Shown: one piece after another, positions 22,168 to 32,829 of the stretch
Layout: every line of letters starts with the position of its first letter
Position numbering within the stretch: position 1 is the stretch's first letter
Assembly (NCBI GenBank): GCA_963779615.1
Contig: CAVZZA010000003.1
Span: 64,001-128,000 of the forward strand
DNA length: 64,000 bases
From: an uncultured Nitrososphaeraceae archaeon
GTDB taxonomy: Archaea > Thermoproteota > Nitrososphaeria > Nitrososphaerales > Nitrososphaeraceae
Reading direction: 5' to 3'
Translations under genes and position numbers: made by a program
Notes under the pieces: model-generated
Database searches by the model: none
Told to the model about the DNA's origin: nothing
Seen by the model: only the letters and a program-made list of their open reading frames with translations

Positions 22168-23025
22168 ATGTGTGGCATTTGCGGAATTATATTAAAAGAT
22201 CACAATCCAAACTTTTCAATCGGTGCTCTGCTTTATCAGATGATGGAAGGCCAGCAGGTAAGAGCTCAAGATAGTGCAGGCATAGCCATTTTTAATAATG
22301 GAAATAGAGGTAATAACGATTCACTATATAATCTTACCTACCTTATGAAATCTCCTACTGGATACGAGTTGAGAGAAGAAAAAAGGCCTTTAAATGAACA
22401 AGATCGACGTGCTTCCAGATTAATCAAGGATGATCGGGTTTCTATAATAGGTTGTTCAAAAGAAATGAAGTTGGTCAAAGATGTAGGCCTTGTAAGAGAT
22501 CTTGATAAAAAATATGATATAAAATCAATGCAAGGATCTCACGGTATTGGACATTTAAGAATAGCAACGAGCAGTAGAGTTGACATGCATAATGCCCATC
22601 CATTCAGTACTACAGTCATGCCCGATATAGCAGTTGTGCATAATGGAGAAATCACAAATTATTCCAAATTAAAGAATTCGCTTGAGATTCAAGGATACCC
22701 TTTCTATTCTAATTGTGATTCAGAGGTCATAGCTGTTTTTCTTGCTGACCAGTTGTTAAAGCATGGAGACATAGAAAGGGCACATAATGAATTTATTCAA
22801 AAAGCCGATGGGCCATTTACCTATATTGCTGCTACAAATCATTCATTATCATTGATAAGGGATAGATTTGGAACAAGAAAGGGGATTGTAGGATACAATC
22901 CAGGAGGAGAGGGCCATCCTGCATTCTGGGCAATGGCAACGGATCTATCTGCATTAGATATTGTCGGAGCTAACGAAGATGTGAAAGCAGCGTCACCAGG
23001 CAAATCACTAATTTTCACAGTATAA
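22168..23025 (+). CDS. glxB: class II glutamine amidotransferase subunit (GlxB/MgsA/GltB1 type)
   Basis: N-terminal MCGICG nucleophile, DSAG, GIGHLRIAT, AHPF, VHNGEITNY, DSE; GGAGG RBS upstream. Confidence 0.88.
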   Translation: MCGICGIILKDHNPNFSIGALLYQMMEGQQVRAQDSAGIAIFNNGNRGNNDSLYNLTYLMKSPTGYELREEKRPLNEQDRRASRLIKDDRVSIIGCSKEMKLVKDVGLVRDLDKKYDIKSMQGSHGIGHLRIATSSRVDMHNAHPFSTTVMPDIAVVHNGEITNYSKLKNSLEIQGYPFYSNCDSEVIAVFLADQLLKHGDIERAHNEFIQKADGPFTYIAATNHSLSLIRDRFGTRKGIVGYNPGGEGHPAFWAMATDLSALDIVGANEDVKAASPGKSLIFTV

Positions 23026-23065
23026 TAAATAAATTAATAAAGCCATATCTAAAAAACAAAGACAA

Positions 23066-23995
23066 ATGTGTTATACGTTAGATATCGATGAATTACGAGC
23101 AATAGTAAAGGACATAGGCTCAAAGGTATCTAATCCAGATGCACAATTTGAAAGTGTCAACAACGCTTTTGAGAAGAATTTTGGAACAAAACTTCCTTAT
23201 GGATTAAAACGCGCATCTATAGAAAAATTTGGGGATGTTGCAAGTTCTCCCCTAATAATGGAAAGGGCAATTAACTCCATAATAAAAAAAAAGGTGGCAG
23301 CGGGTGAAACTAAAATCATACTAAAAAATCCAAAAGCCCTTTACAGAATAGGGATACTTGGTTATGATGAGACTATAAAATTAGACATGACAGTGGAAGG
23401 AAATGTTGGCAATTTTTTTGGCGCATTTTGCAACTTTGATGGAACCTGGATAGTTAATGGAAACGCCGAGAATGGATTGGCGGACAAGGGGTACAAAGGA
23501 AAAATAATTGTGGAAGGGTTTGCCACAGAACTTGCATGCCAAAACAATCAAGCAACCAAATTCAGTAATGGTGTCGATCTCTTGATTAAAAAAGGGTGTA
23601 TGGAGAGAGCTATGGGTCAAGCCAGGGGAGGAAGGTTGGTAACTTTTGGCGCAGGATACAATTCTGGTCTGTACATGTCAGGGGGAGTATTGCTTAATTT
23701 GGGCCTACCGGGAGAACTGTTTGGCCCTGGAATGGTTGGTGGCGTTATTTATTCTCCTGAAGGAACTACTGCAGCAGACGGTGCGGTTATCAATAAATTA
23801 AAGGTGGAAGATTATTCAATTATTAAAGAAACACTACGGGTATTTGAAAATGAGTTACGGATAGAGCAACTAGATAATTTATCCATGGAAAACCCGACAG
23901 TGTATTTAACCAACAATGTTATTAAAGATAATCAAAAGTATAACATAAGTGACTTTATCAAAATAGTCCCAAATATAACCAATTCTCATAACTAG
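23066..23995 (+). CDS. glxC: GXGXG beta-helix glutamate synthase subunit (GlxC/MgsB/GltB3 type)
   Basis: VEGNVGNFFGAF, VNGNAENGLA, GAGYNSGLYMSGG, GPGMVGGVIY. Confidence 0.82.
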   Translation: MCYTLDIDELRAIVKDIGSKVSNPDAQFESVNNAFEKNFGTKLPYGLKRASIEKFGDVASSPLIMERAINSIIKKKVAAGETKIILKNPKALYRIGILGYDETIKLDMTVEGNVGNFFGAFCNFDGTWIVNGNAENGLADKGYKGKIIVEGFATELACQNNQATKFSNGVDLLIKKGCMERAMGQARGGRLVTFGAGYNSGLYMSGGVLLNLGLPGELFGPGMVGGVIYSPEGTTAADGAVINKLKVEDYSIIKETLRVFENELRIEQLDNLSMENPTVYLTNNVIKDNQKYNISDFIKIVPNITNSHN

Positions 23996-24107
23996 TGATT
24001 AGTGACAAAGCTATCCTCAAATTCACGGATGACGTATGATCAATATCCGGTCTTTAAGGCTGAACAGATGTTAAAACGGCTTTAATAAGCGCCTGTGAAC
24101 TTGATTG

Positions 24108-24546
24108 TCATAACAGCCGAAAATCCTCTTTCACAGTAATCAAAACTATATGTGTATTGGTTCTGTCAACATATGGTAACGATAGGTCCCTCTTGACAAA
24201 GTCACTTAATTCCCTTCGATTCCTAAATTTAGCAACTATTATCATATCCGTCAATCCAGTGATATCATAAACTGCACAAACATTTGGGAGCTTTGAAATG
24301 TGTTTCTCAACATCGTTTATTTTATTTTTGATTGCAGTTATTTCAATTACCGCCGTCAAATCAAATCCTAACTTTACATGGTCCACTATTGCAGAATAAG
24401 ATTTTATGATATTGTCTTTTTCCAATCTTGATATCCTGTTAAGTACCTGTGGGTGGAGAGACCCCTATTTCAAATGCTATTTTTCGGTAAGAACTCCTAG
24501 CATCTGCCAATAGCCTTTTTAATATCTTTGTGTCTGTCTCATCCAT
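24108..24546 (-). pseudogene. Lrp/AsnC transcriptional regulator with +1 frameshift in the HTH
   Basis: MDETDTKILKRLLADARSSYRKIAFEIGVSPPT then shifted VLNRISRLEKDNII...YDITGLTD; 439 nt = 3n+1, extra base at 24446-24447. Confidence 0.88.
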
Positions 24547-24998
24547 TAATGTGATTTGAATTGTTAACTTTATAAACATAAAAACAACTCCACTTTTTTT
24601 AATAAATATTAGTCAAAAACAATAACAAACATCGCATAATTATCAAAAAGCATAATTGGATATGCCTGAAAAAAGATGCAAGTACACCACCACCGTCAAA
24701 TGCTGTTGCTAATGCATCCCTATATATCAAAATAGGGAAAGGTGTCAATCTTGGCGACTGCTCGACTTGCCTTAACTTGTATTTTTTTTATTGCGGGTCA
24801 GAATATTTGATATCCTTGTAAATCTGTCACTATCAGTTGGAATATTTAGCAATCAATACGCGCTTAACCCAAAACTGCGCCTAAATGACAGAACAATATT
24901 ATTTGAATTATCAAAACAATGCTTGATTTGGCGGTATTGCTTTGATGGAGATAATGGTTGCTCCAGGAGTAGAAATCTGTTATATGGGACAACCTTTA

Positions 24999-25391
24999 TT
25001 ATTGTTGTTTTTTTTCTTTTACTTTGCCTGACTGTCTTTCTCTTCTTTGTTCTTTTGAAGATAAAGGATTACGAAATTTGTTTAACCAGTATTTAGTCAT
25101 TCTCTCGGTACTCGTGACAGACTCCTTATACAATTCAGTCATCCTTTCTGTATTTACCGCCAGATCCTTATACAATTCAGTCATCCTTTCTGAGCTTTTG
25201 ATATATTCTTTATATATTTCAGTCATTCTTATGGTATATTCAACATATTCGTTGTACATTTCACCCAAAGCCAGGGGAGAATATTGTTGCCACCAATCCG
25301 TAATTGATTTAAATTGATTGGGATTGTTCAAGTTTTTCTTATCTATATCGATGTTGTCGTTTCCCTGTCCTTGATTTTCCTTAATATCCAT
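24999..25391 (-). CDS. hypothetical protein with 14-aa tandem repeats (phasin-like amphipathic helix?)
   Basis: TIRMTEIYKEYIKS / SERMTELYKDLAVN / TERMTELYKESVTS / TERMTKYW; 42-nt DNA repeat visible. Confidence 0.7.
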   Translation of the reverse strand: MDIKENQGQGNDNIDIDKKNLNNPNQFKSITDWWQQYSPLALGEMYNEYVEYTIRMTEIYKEYIKSSERMTELYKDLAVNTERMTELYKESVTSTERMTKYWLNKFRNPLSSKEQRRERQSGKVKEKKQQ

Positions 25392-25805
25392 AGATACTCG
25401 ATACCTAGTCCGGGTATTTTACCATTTTTTTGTATTCCATCATAAAAAAGAGCCTTCTTAATTTTAGCTAGTCAGGTACATCAAATAATTTTTTTTGCAC
25501 TGGAAAAAAGGTATTGTGGATTAAAGGCATTAATGATGGATGACTGTTACCCCAAAAAAAAAGTCAGACAGCAATTGAGTGTAAAATAGGACTATTTTAT
25601 AACGTTTTGCAAAAGCCTCTTTATGCAGTTGCCTAATGGTTTAATTCTTTTCAAAAGAATTTTTCTTTGATTTTTTACATTTCCACATTTCCATAAATTT
25701 GACAGATAACGACAGATAACAATAAGAGGTAATTGAAAAATTGATAAAAAATAAAGGAATTCCCTCTGTGAAACATCAGTTATTAATTATAAATTGTGTT
25801 TGTAC

Positions 25806-25986
25806 GGCCCTGTTAACTTAAGGAAATTTTTCCATTATTAAGCCATTAAAAATCATGGTAAAATATTTTTTAGAAATAAATGGTCACAAATTATGCTCAA
25901 AAATAGAACAAATTCTATCTGACGGGTAAAATGAACCTAGGGAATAGTTAAAGAAAATTATTATCAATACTTAAGTTAACAGGGCC
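25806..25986. mobile_element. IS6-type MITE, 181 bp
   Basis: Perfect 17-bp TIR GGCCCTGTTAACTTAAG; 8-bp direct repeat GTTTGTAC at 25798-25805 and 25987-25994; non-coding. Confidence 0.92.
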
Positions 25987-26253
25987 GTTTGTACAATTTG
26001 CTCAAAACCTGCATTTTGAAACAACACACAAGAAAGAATAATGCACATTATTTGACGGGTTCAGCCTATCCACCTATTGATATATTGAAACAGAAAAGGG
26101 CAGATAAACAAGCCGAATAATCCACATCATCAGCCGTCGATAGAAATTGGACATGAATTGTAGACAGGCATCATTGAATATAATCATAGAATGCACTAAT
26201 TTATGTTATCTGGCAAAGGTATCATTATATAGTTTGTTTCCCTTGTTAATATT

Positions 26254-26664
26254 ATGCCTAAACAAAACCAAAATGCGCATCCACAACAAGACGTAAACAC
26301 ACCATCAAATGTTGTTGCTAATGCATCTCGATATAACAACAATGCATCCAGATTAAACAGCACAGAGACAGGCGGCAATTCCGTTATTGCGAGTGTAGGC
26401 AAATTATTAACAGTAATGGGAGTACAAGACGACACTATCAGGACATTATCAAAGATATCGGGACAAAGTTACAACAATAGACAAATGCATGAAATGCATA
26501 ATTCATTATTCGGAGGCCCTACAGGTGATTATGGCACTGATATTAGTGACCTTTTAACTAATGCGAATAATTTTATAAAACAGCAAAATCAACAGATTCA
26601 GAAACTTTTTACTTCATGCATGCATCGCGGGCCACGGTTTACTTATCAGATGCAATCACCATAG
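26254..26664 (+). CDS. hypothetical N/Q-rich protein
   Basis: 136 aa ATG ORF; degenerate copy of its 5' part at 24662-24718. Confidence 0.5.
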   Translation: MPKQNQNAHPQQDVNTPSNVVANASRYNNNASRLNSTETGGNSVIASVGKLLTVMGVQDDTIRTLSKISGQSYNNRQMHEMHNSLFGGPTGDYGTDISDLLTNANNFIKQQNQQIQKLFTSCMHRGPRFTYQMQSP

Positions 26665-26801
26665 AAAGCAAAGGTCATTGTCCAGGTTCGCCACCATCTG
26701 TTTGGTTACCTGTTGTCATAGTTCAAAGCCAAAAGCACTTTAACAATAATGCAATTTCTTGGGAATATTCCTTACTCTCCAATAACAAACACCCTGGCAA
26801 T

Positions 26802-26954
26802 TTAATTATTCATTAATCCATACATTTCTTTGACACAATTTGAACACACTTTCAAATCACCCCTATCAAATCCATACTTAACATGAACATAGTGACTTGT
26901 CTCATTATCACACACTTCGCATTTGGTTGTGTTGGTATCTAATTCCATCTTCAT
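26802..26954 (-). CDS. small CxxC...CxxC zinc-finger protein (50 aa)
   Basis: Hand translation MKMELDTNTTKCEVCDNETSHYVHVKYGFDRGDLKVCSNCVKEMYGLMNN. Confidence 0.65.
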   Translation of the reverse strand: MKMELDTNTTKCEVCDNETSHYVHVKYGFDRGDLKVCSNCVKEMYGLMNN

Positions 26955-27843
26955 TGTTTTCCATTATTATAGAATAGCAAGCGAAACTTAAACTTTTTTT
27001 TATATTGCGAAACATACGCATAATTAATCATTCAAGTCCATTTCCAAACATTTAATTCATATGTTCCCTGTCCTTCAACACCAAATGCAGTTATATCCAA
27101 ATCAATGAATGTGAAGCAGAATTCGTAAACTTTATCTCTAACACCCTCGTGAGTTGAACTCGATAAAACAACATAGCCATAGGTTGAAAGGCAATGGTGA
27201 ACCTAATCAAGTGGCTCAGAGTAATTGGCCATAAGATTTGGCAAAGTTCATAAGTTTAACGATTGTCGGTTATGTCAGATTAAGGGACATGGATTGAAAT
27301 AAAAATAAAAAAAAATTAGTCGTTTTGATAGTCTTTACGGATTGTATTGTATCTGCCTTTCTCGATTTCCATTATGACTTTTTTCCTATGTCTTTGGATA
27401 AATCTTGAGATTCTTGTATGATATTTTTAAAGATTTCTACCAAGTTTCTATGGTTTTGAAAAATTACTTCGTCTTTTTTTAACATTTCAGTGACTCTTTA
27501 ATTCATCTTCCCCATCTTTGGAAACTTTTGCTATTGTTATTGCATTATTGATTTTTAAATATCCATCAGCACATCCAAGGTTAAATGAGAATCTTCCTCA
27601 CGCCAACAGCGTTTTGACATTCGTAATAACTAACACCTATGGTATTTTCCTCAGTAGGCATTATCGGGTCAATAAAAGCCTTGAAACCCTCTTTTCCGAA
27701 AAGTTGACTTAATATTTCTCGTATATAGTTATCAAATTTTTCGAGGTCTTCATTATAATCTTCGATTTCTTTTTGTTTTATTTTTATGCACTATTTAGAT
27801 GTTTAAAAACGAGTAGTAAAAAATGGTAAATGATATTAGAAGT

Positions 27844-27994
27844 TTAACCTGAACCGCTTGGTGGTTTATGTTCAGAATGTTCTAATTTTATATGTTCTTC
27901 TTTGTCATTCACATTGTCGAAAGTAATTTTGCATTGTTCACAGGTAAATCCTGATGAGACTGCTCTAGATTCTGTTGTTGAAGACGTACTCCAT
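27844..27994 (-). pseudogene. small C2H2 zinc-finger protein, +1 G right after ATG
   Basis: ATG-G-AGT then STSSTTESRAVSSGFTCEQCKITFDNVNDKEEHIKLEHSEHKPPSGSG*; 151 nt = 3n+1. Confidence 0.65.
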
Positions 27995-28030
27995 AATTAG
28001 TGTCTAATGGATATAAGGATTTTGAGTTTA

Positions 28031-28149
28031 GGTTCTGTCAAGTTTTGGGTTCATATTCAATTATATTATTTAAAATTTTCATCACAATTCATTATTAAAG
28101 TTAAAGATCTTACGGGGAAAAGTTAAATGTACCTTAATCGAACAGAACC
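28031..28149. mobile_element. possible IS6-type MITE/remnant
   Basis: GGTTCTGTCAAG ... CGAACAGAACC inverted ends (8-bp core match), no target duplication. Confidence 0.5.
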
Positions 28150-28598
28150 CGATTGTCAAATGTTTTAATCACACTATAACATGAGACCGTTTTTTGCATT
28201 CCGTGCTGTTAACTTAATCGATCATTTTACTTAATATTACAGCCTTGGAATAGATTAACCCGATCAACAACATGCTTTAGTTTACACTTTTCTTCAATAT
28301 CCCTACCACAGACTTTTCAATTTTTTTCAGATACATCTTTTCATGCATGTTGAAATCCCAATTTAATCTGAACAATATAACTATTAGTTTATTTTAGCGT
28401 GCTTATTCTGTTTTGTTGTCCAAATTTTGCCATTAACAGTAAATTAAATAATTTAAACATAGGTAGAACACCAAAAGACCCAACCATCATAAAAACAATA
28501 TCCATCTATTTTACCAATACTTGAAAGTTGTTAAATGATAAAAAACAAGAATATAAAATAAAGGGAGACGGTAGTTTTCTATTTGCAATTTTCCGCCC

Positions 28599-28997
28599 CT
28601 ACGGAGCAAGTCCCTCTTTCAACTTTTCGGCTATAATATCTGATCTTGCCACAACACCAATAATCTTATTAGTATTATCCTCTACAACAGGCACCATTAC
28701 AACCTCTTTTTTAATCATAATATCAATTATGTCGTTTATTGGCGTGTCTTTATTTGCTACTGATGGATTTGGAGTCATTACATCTTTTGCTACCATGGTA
28801 TAGAGCTTTTTGCCCCCTCTTATGGCTTTTAGTACGTCAATAGCAGTCACAATACCAACAACAGAATCATTATCATTCACGACAGGCACCCCGTTAAAAT
28901 CTCCTGCAAACAGTTTAGCATTAATTTGTTCAACATTGGTGTTTTCTTTTACCATGTCAACCTGTGTGGACATTACATCTTTAGCATTCAAATCCAA
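28599..28997 (-). CDS. CBS domain pair protein
   Basis: AKDVM twice, GVPVV...VVGIVT..D, VPVV...IIGVVARSD. Confidence 0.9.
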   Translation of the reverse strand: MDLNAKDVMSTQVDMVKENTNVEQINAKLFAGDFNGVPVVNDNDSVVGIVTAIDVLKAIRGGKKLYTMVAKDVMTPNPSVANKDTPINDIIDIMIKKEVVMVPVVEDNTNKIIGVVARSDIIAEKLKEGLAP

Positions 28998-29123
28998 TAC
29001 TCATTACACACCATCTTTTATCATTGTATAAAAGTTAGATATGCAACCTAAAAGGCCAATTCAATGCGTTACCTGTTTTAATGGGAGTCAGTAAACAAAT
29101 TAATTCTATTTTTTTAGATCCCA

Positions 29124-30263
29124 TACCAATTAGCACATATGTTCAAACTGCATTTTTCATCTGTTTATTTTTTAATAAATGTTTATAGCTAGGCTGATTC
29201 CATTGTCATCTTGTTCATTTGAATCTTACCAGAGAATCTTTTGAATGGATCTGTAGATGTGAACAGGATGTATAGACAAAGGAAAGTATGCTGCTTGTCC
29301 TCAACGTGATTTATCATGGTTTAATAGCTGCCAAGGTAGCCAGGGATCTCCACAGAAGTAAAGCTTGGGCCCGTGAATGGCTAAAAAAGATACTATAAGG
29401 AGGGTACAGGAGGATTAAAAAATAGACCTAAAAGCGGCAGACCACCTGAACTATCTGAAGAGATTAGTTTTAGCATAAAGAAAGAACTAAAGGAAAGCAA
29501 CCAGGGATGGACCACAAGACAGGTGGATGAACTGATTGTAAGAAAAAGTGGCATTAAGATATCATTACACCCACATATACCGCATACTTCGCAGGTGGGG
29601 CTTCAAACAGAAGGTTCCCCGAAAAACGCATGTTAATACTGCATCCAATGAAGAGAAGAATGATTTCAAAAAAAGGCCACCCAAATATTTGTGGATAGAC
29701 AACAGCAACAAAAAGAGGAGCAAAAAGAAGGCTTTTTTGCCCTAGTGTCTCTGGATGAATCCTTTTTCTTCTGTGATTCCCTGGTAAGGAGGGTTTTTTT
29801 GGGTTGATGAGAAGAAAAGACCTGTAGTGAGGGTAACAGGCTCACACAAGCATTCATGCATTTTCGGAGCCTTGAGTCTGGAAGGAAAGCAGCTGTTCAG
29901 ACATACGACAGGTTCAGTGGAGACACGTTCCTGGAGTTCCTAAAGACAATTCATTCCAGGTTTCCAAAATGCCACCTGTTTATGGACAAGGCGTCACCAC
30001 ACCACAGGTCAAGGAAGGTAAAACAAATATTTTGAGGAAAACAATGATACTCTGATACCAGCATGCCTTCCCACTGCGTCACCCGAGTTTATGGTTATGG
30101 ACGAGGTATGGAACAGCCAAGTGAGACCTGCTGGTGCTAAAACACTACCCATCCTTTTCAGATTTTAAAAACAGGATATCTCGGTATTTCAGGACAAAAA
30201 GATTCAGTCTTGCTATGAGAACCTATTTGTTAATGGATGTTCGATAACTTATGCTAAATGGTA
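29124..30263 (+). mobile_element. IS630-family element, decayed
   Basis: RPKSGRPP HTH, YRILRRWGFKQKVPR, slippery TTTCAAAAAAAG near 29664, DDE fragments (LDESFF, FMDKASPHH, SPE); imperfect TIR TACCAATTAGCA / TGCTAAATGGTA. Confidence 0.85.
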
Positions 30264-30560
30264 TAAATTCATTCATTATTCTTATCATAAAAAAATAAAA
30301 TAAATCCCACTAGGAAACAGCAACAACTATAACAAAGCATTTTTTATTGCGGGTATTCTTGTCGGCTATGTAATTTTGTTTCTTCTTGACGGTCAAATGA
30401 TGCATTGTATTGCACGCATCTTTATGGACTGTTTGTTTGGTGGATGGTGAGAATGATATGCAATGTTTAAAATATTTAATTGACACACCTTATAAAAATT
30501 ATTTACTTAATTTACTTCTAACAATTAGAGTTAAGCAAAAATTACAACTTTTTGGAATTA

Positions 30561-31184
30561 TCACTGCATATCAAATGCTATTCCTTCTTCCTCTGTTGCA
30601 TCCGTAACAAAAATAGCTGAATGATGATTTTCTAAAATTGTATTAGTCCACTTTCCTTCGGTATTGACTGTATTCTTACTAACATCATAATGACATAACA
30701 CCAAACCATTAAAATTTATAAGCATAGAATGATATTTTTGCTCTAGAGCCAAGTCAGCCTCGATATTCTCTTTTGTATTTAATTTATCAACAAATCTTAT
30801 TACCAGGCGAAAAGGCACGTTCAGGTCATGAAACATTTTTTCTATTATCCCTTCGGAGCCTTCAAATACACCTCTTGGATGTCTCACAACATCAGATATT
30901 TTACATATCTTTAGCAAACCTTTTTTGTTAAAATCCCTAACATTGATATTGTTACTGATCATATCCTTTTCAATAGACACTATATCATCGTCATGAGTGG
31001 CGTATACACAATATTCTCCCCTAATCAACCCATTTCTTATAAATCTGAATATAATCCTTTTACCAAATGGCGAATTCTGATAACAAAGAACAACATGCTT
31101 ATTGCTTTCTAAAGCATCTATAAATTTCAGGGGATCTTTGTATGTTTTATTAATGTCTTCATGCATAATTAGGTTAGAAATCAT
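30561..31184 (-). CDS. MEDS domain protein
   Basis: HVVLCY...FRFIRNGL.RGEYCVY, LEQ....VLCHYD, ILENH pattern. Confidence 0.75.
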   Translation of the reverse strand: MISNLIMHEDINKTYKDPLKFIDALESNKHVVLCYQNSPFGKRIIFRFIRNGLIRGEYCVYATHDDDIVSIEKDMISNNINVRDFNKKGLLKICKISDVVRHPRGVFEGSEGIIEKMFHDLNVPFRLVIRFVDKLNTKENIEADLALEQKYHSMLINFNGLVLCHYDVSKNTVNTEGKWTNTILENHHSAIFVTDATEEEGIAFDMQ

Positions 31185-31392
31185 ATAATACCCTCTTATA
31201 GAACATTATACTATAAATGTTTTATAGTAAATATTCACATCCAAAATAGGCAGGTTTGAAAATGACCATGCAATGCTAGAACTCCAATGAGCAATTTCTG
31301 GCCCACTTTTGGTGATTCTAGAGTGCCACAAATTACACTTTGACAGAAGAGCAGGAGAAATCCTTTTAGTTGTAATCGAGAATAATTAATAA

Positions 31393-32829
31393 TTGAGTAG
31401 TGTAGCACCATTTGATTTAATTGTAATAGGGACGGGAACAGCGGGCTCAACTGCTGCAGCAGAATGTCGCTCCAAAGGATGGAGGGTCGCAATAATAGAT
31501 TCACTACCATTTGGGGGAACATGTGCTTTGCGTGGGTGTGAGCCGAAGAAAATTCTTCTTGAGGCAGCAAAGACAGTTGATTCAAACCAAAGGCACGAAA
31601 ACAAGGGCACAAGTGATTCAGAGGCAATCCAGATAAAGTGGCCTGATTTGATTCGCTTTAAAAAAACCTTTACCGATCATTTCCCAAAGCAAAGGGAGGA
31701 TAGTTATCACAATTTAGGTATCATTCCTATTCACGGTCATGCCAAATTTATTGGCCCGGCCACGCTCAAGGTGGAAAATGATGGCGAAGGTGGTGACGGT
31801 AAGGGCAACGATGTGCTGGAAGGAAAACACATTTTGATAGCAACAGGATCAAAACCCGCAAACTTGACCATTACGGGTTATGAGAATGTCATTACAAGCG
31901 ATCAGTTTTTGGAATTTGATAGAGATCATTTGCCTGATAAAATTGTATTTGTGGGTGGAGGATACGTCTCATTTGAATTTGCGCATATTTCTGTTCGCGC
32001 TGGTTGCAAGGATGTCACAATTTTACATAGAGGCAAACAACCCTTGGAACGCTTTGATCCAGATCTTGTTAAACAATTAGTACAAAGGAGCCAAGAAATC
32101 GGAATCGACATCAGGTTGCAAACGGCAGTAAAAAGAATAGATTTTTCTGATGATGGAAAGTTGGTTGTGCATTTTTCCAGTATTTCTAATTCTCAAGAGG
32201 GTAGCGATAGTCTAAAATCAATGAAAGCAGACATGGTTGTCCATGGAGCTGGCCGGGTTCCAAATACCGAAGGACTTGATTTGATTATGGGAAAAATAGA
32301 GTCCAACAACAGAGGAATAAAGGTCAATGAATACCTGCAAAGTATTTCAAACCCTGCCGTATATGCGGCGGGTGACGTCGCGGCAACAGCAGCAAGTGGT
32401 GGCCTACCATTAACTCCTGTCGCAAGTTATGACGGAAACATTGTAGCGAATAACCTATTGAATGGAAATTCCGTCAAGTTCAACTATGATGGCCTGCCCA
32501 GTGTAGTTTTCACCATCCCACCTATTGCATCAGTGGGTTTGCAGGAGAAAGAGGCAAAGGAGCAAGGCTTTCGGTTTAAAGTCAATCATAAGAACACATC
32601 AAGCTGGTATTCCTCTAGGCGCGTGGGTGAAACCTGTTCTGGGTTCAAGGTATTAGTTGAGGAGGGCAGTGATAGGATCTTGGGCGCTCACCTAGTGGGT
32701 CCACATTCTGAGGAAGTTATTAACATATTTTCTGTGGCTATCAGATTAGGGCTTGCTACAAAAGATCTCAACGACCCCATACTATATGCTTATCCCACCA
32801 ACTCATCAGATGTAGTCTATATGCTATAG
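31393..32829 (+). CDS. FAD-dependent pyridine nucleotide-disulfide oxidoreductase (glutathione reductase-like)
   Basis: GTGTAG, redox GGTCALRGCEPKK, VGGGYVSFEFA, YAAGD, C-terminal AYPT. Confidence 0.9.
   Translation: MSSVAPFDLIVIGTGTAGSTAAAECRSKGWRVAIIDSLPFGGTCALRGCEPKKILLEAAKTVDSNQRHENKGTSDSEAIQIKWPDLIRFKKTFTDHFPKQREDSYHNLGIIPIHGHAKFIGPATLKVENDGEGGDGKGNDVLEGKHILIATGSKPANLTITGYENVITSDQFLEFDRDHLPDKIVFVGGGYVSFEFAHISVRAGCKDVTILHRGKQPLERFDPDLVKQLVQRSQEIGIDIRLQTAVKRIDFSDDGKLVVHFSSISNSQEGSDSLKSMKADMVVHGAGRVPNTEGLDLIMGKIESNNRGIKVNEYLQSISNPAVYAAGDVAATAASGGLPLTPVASYDGNIVANNLLNGNSVKFNYDGLPSVVFTIPPIASVGLQEKEAKEQGFRFKVNHKNTSSWYSSRRVGETCSGFKVLVEEGSDRILGAHLVGPHSEEVINIFSVAIRLGLATKDLNDPILYAYPTNSSDVVYML

Noticed and set aside
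25701-25720. GACAGATAAC x2
   Set aside because: Single 10-bp slippage duplication with no context
27316-27780. Possible decayed minus-strand gene
   Set aside because: Multiple stops, no identifiable motif
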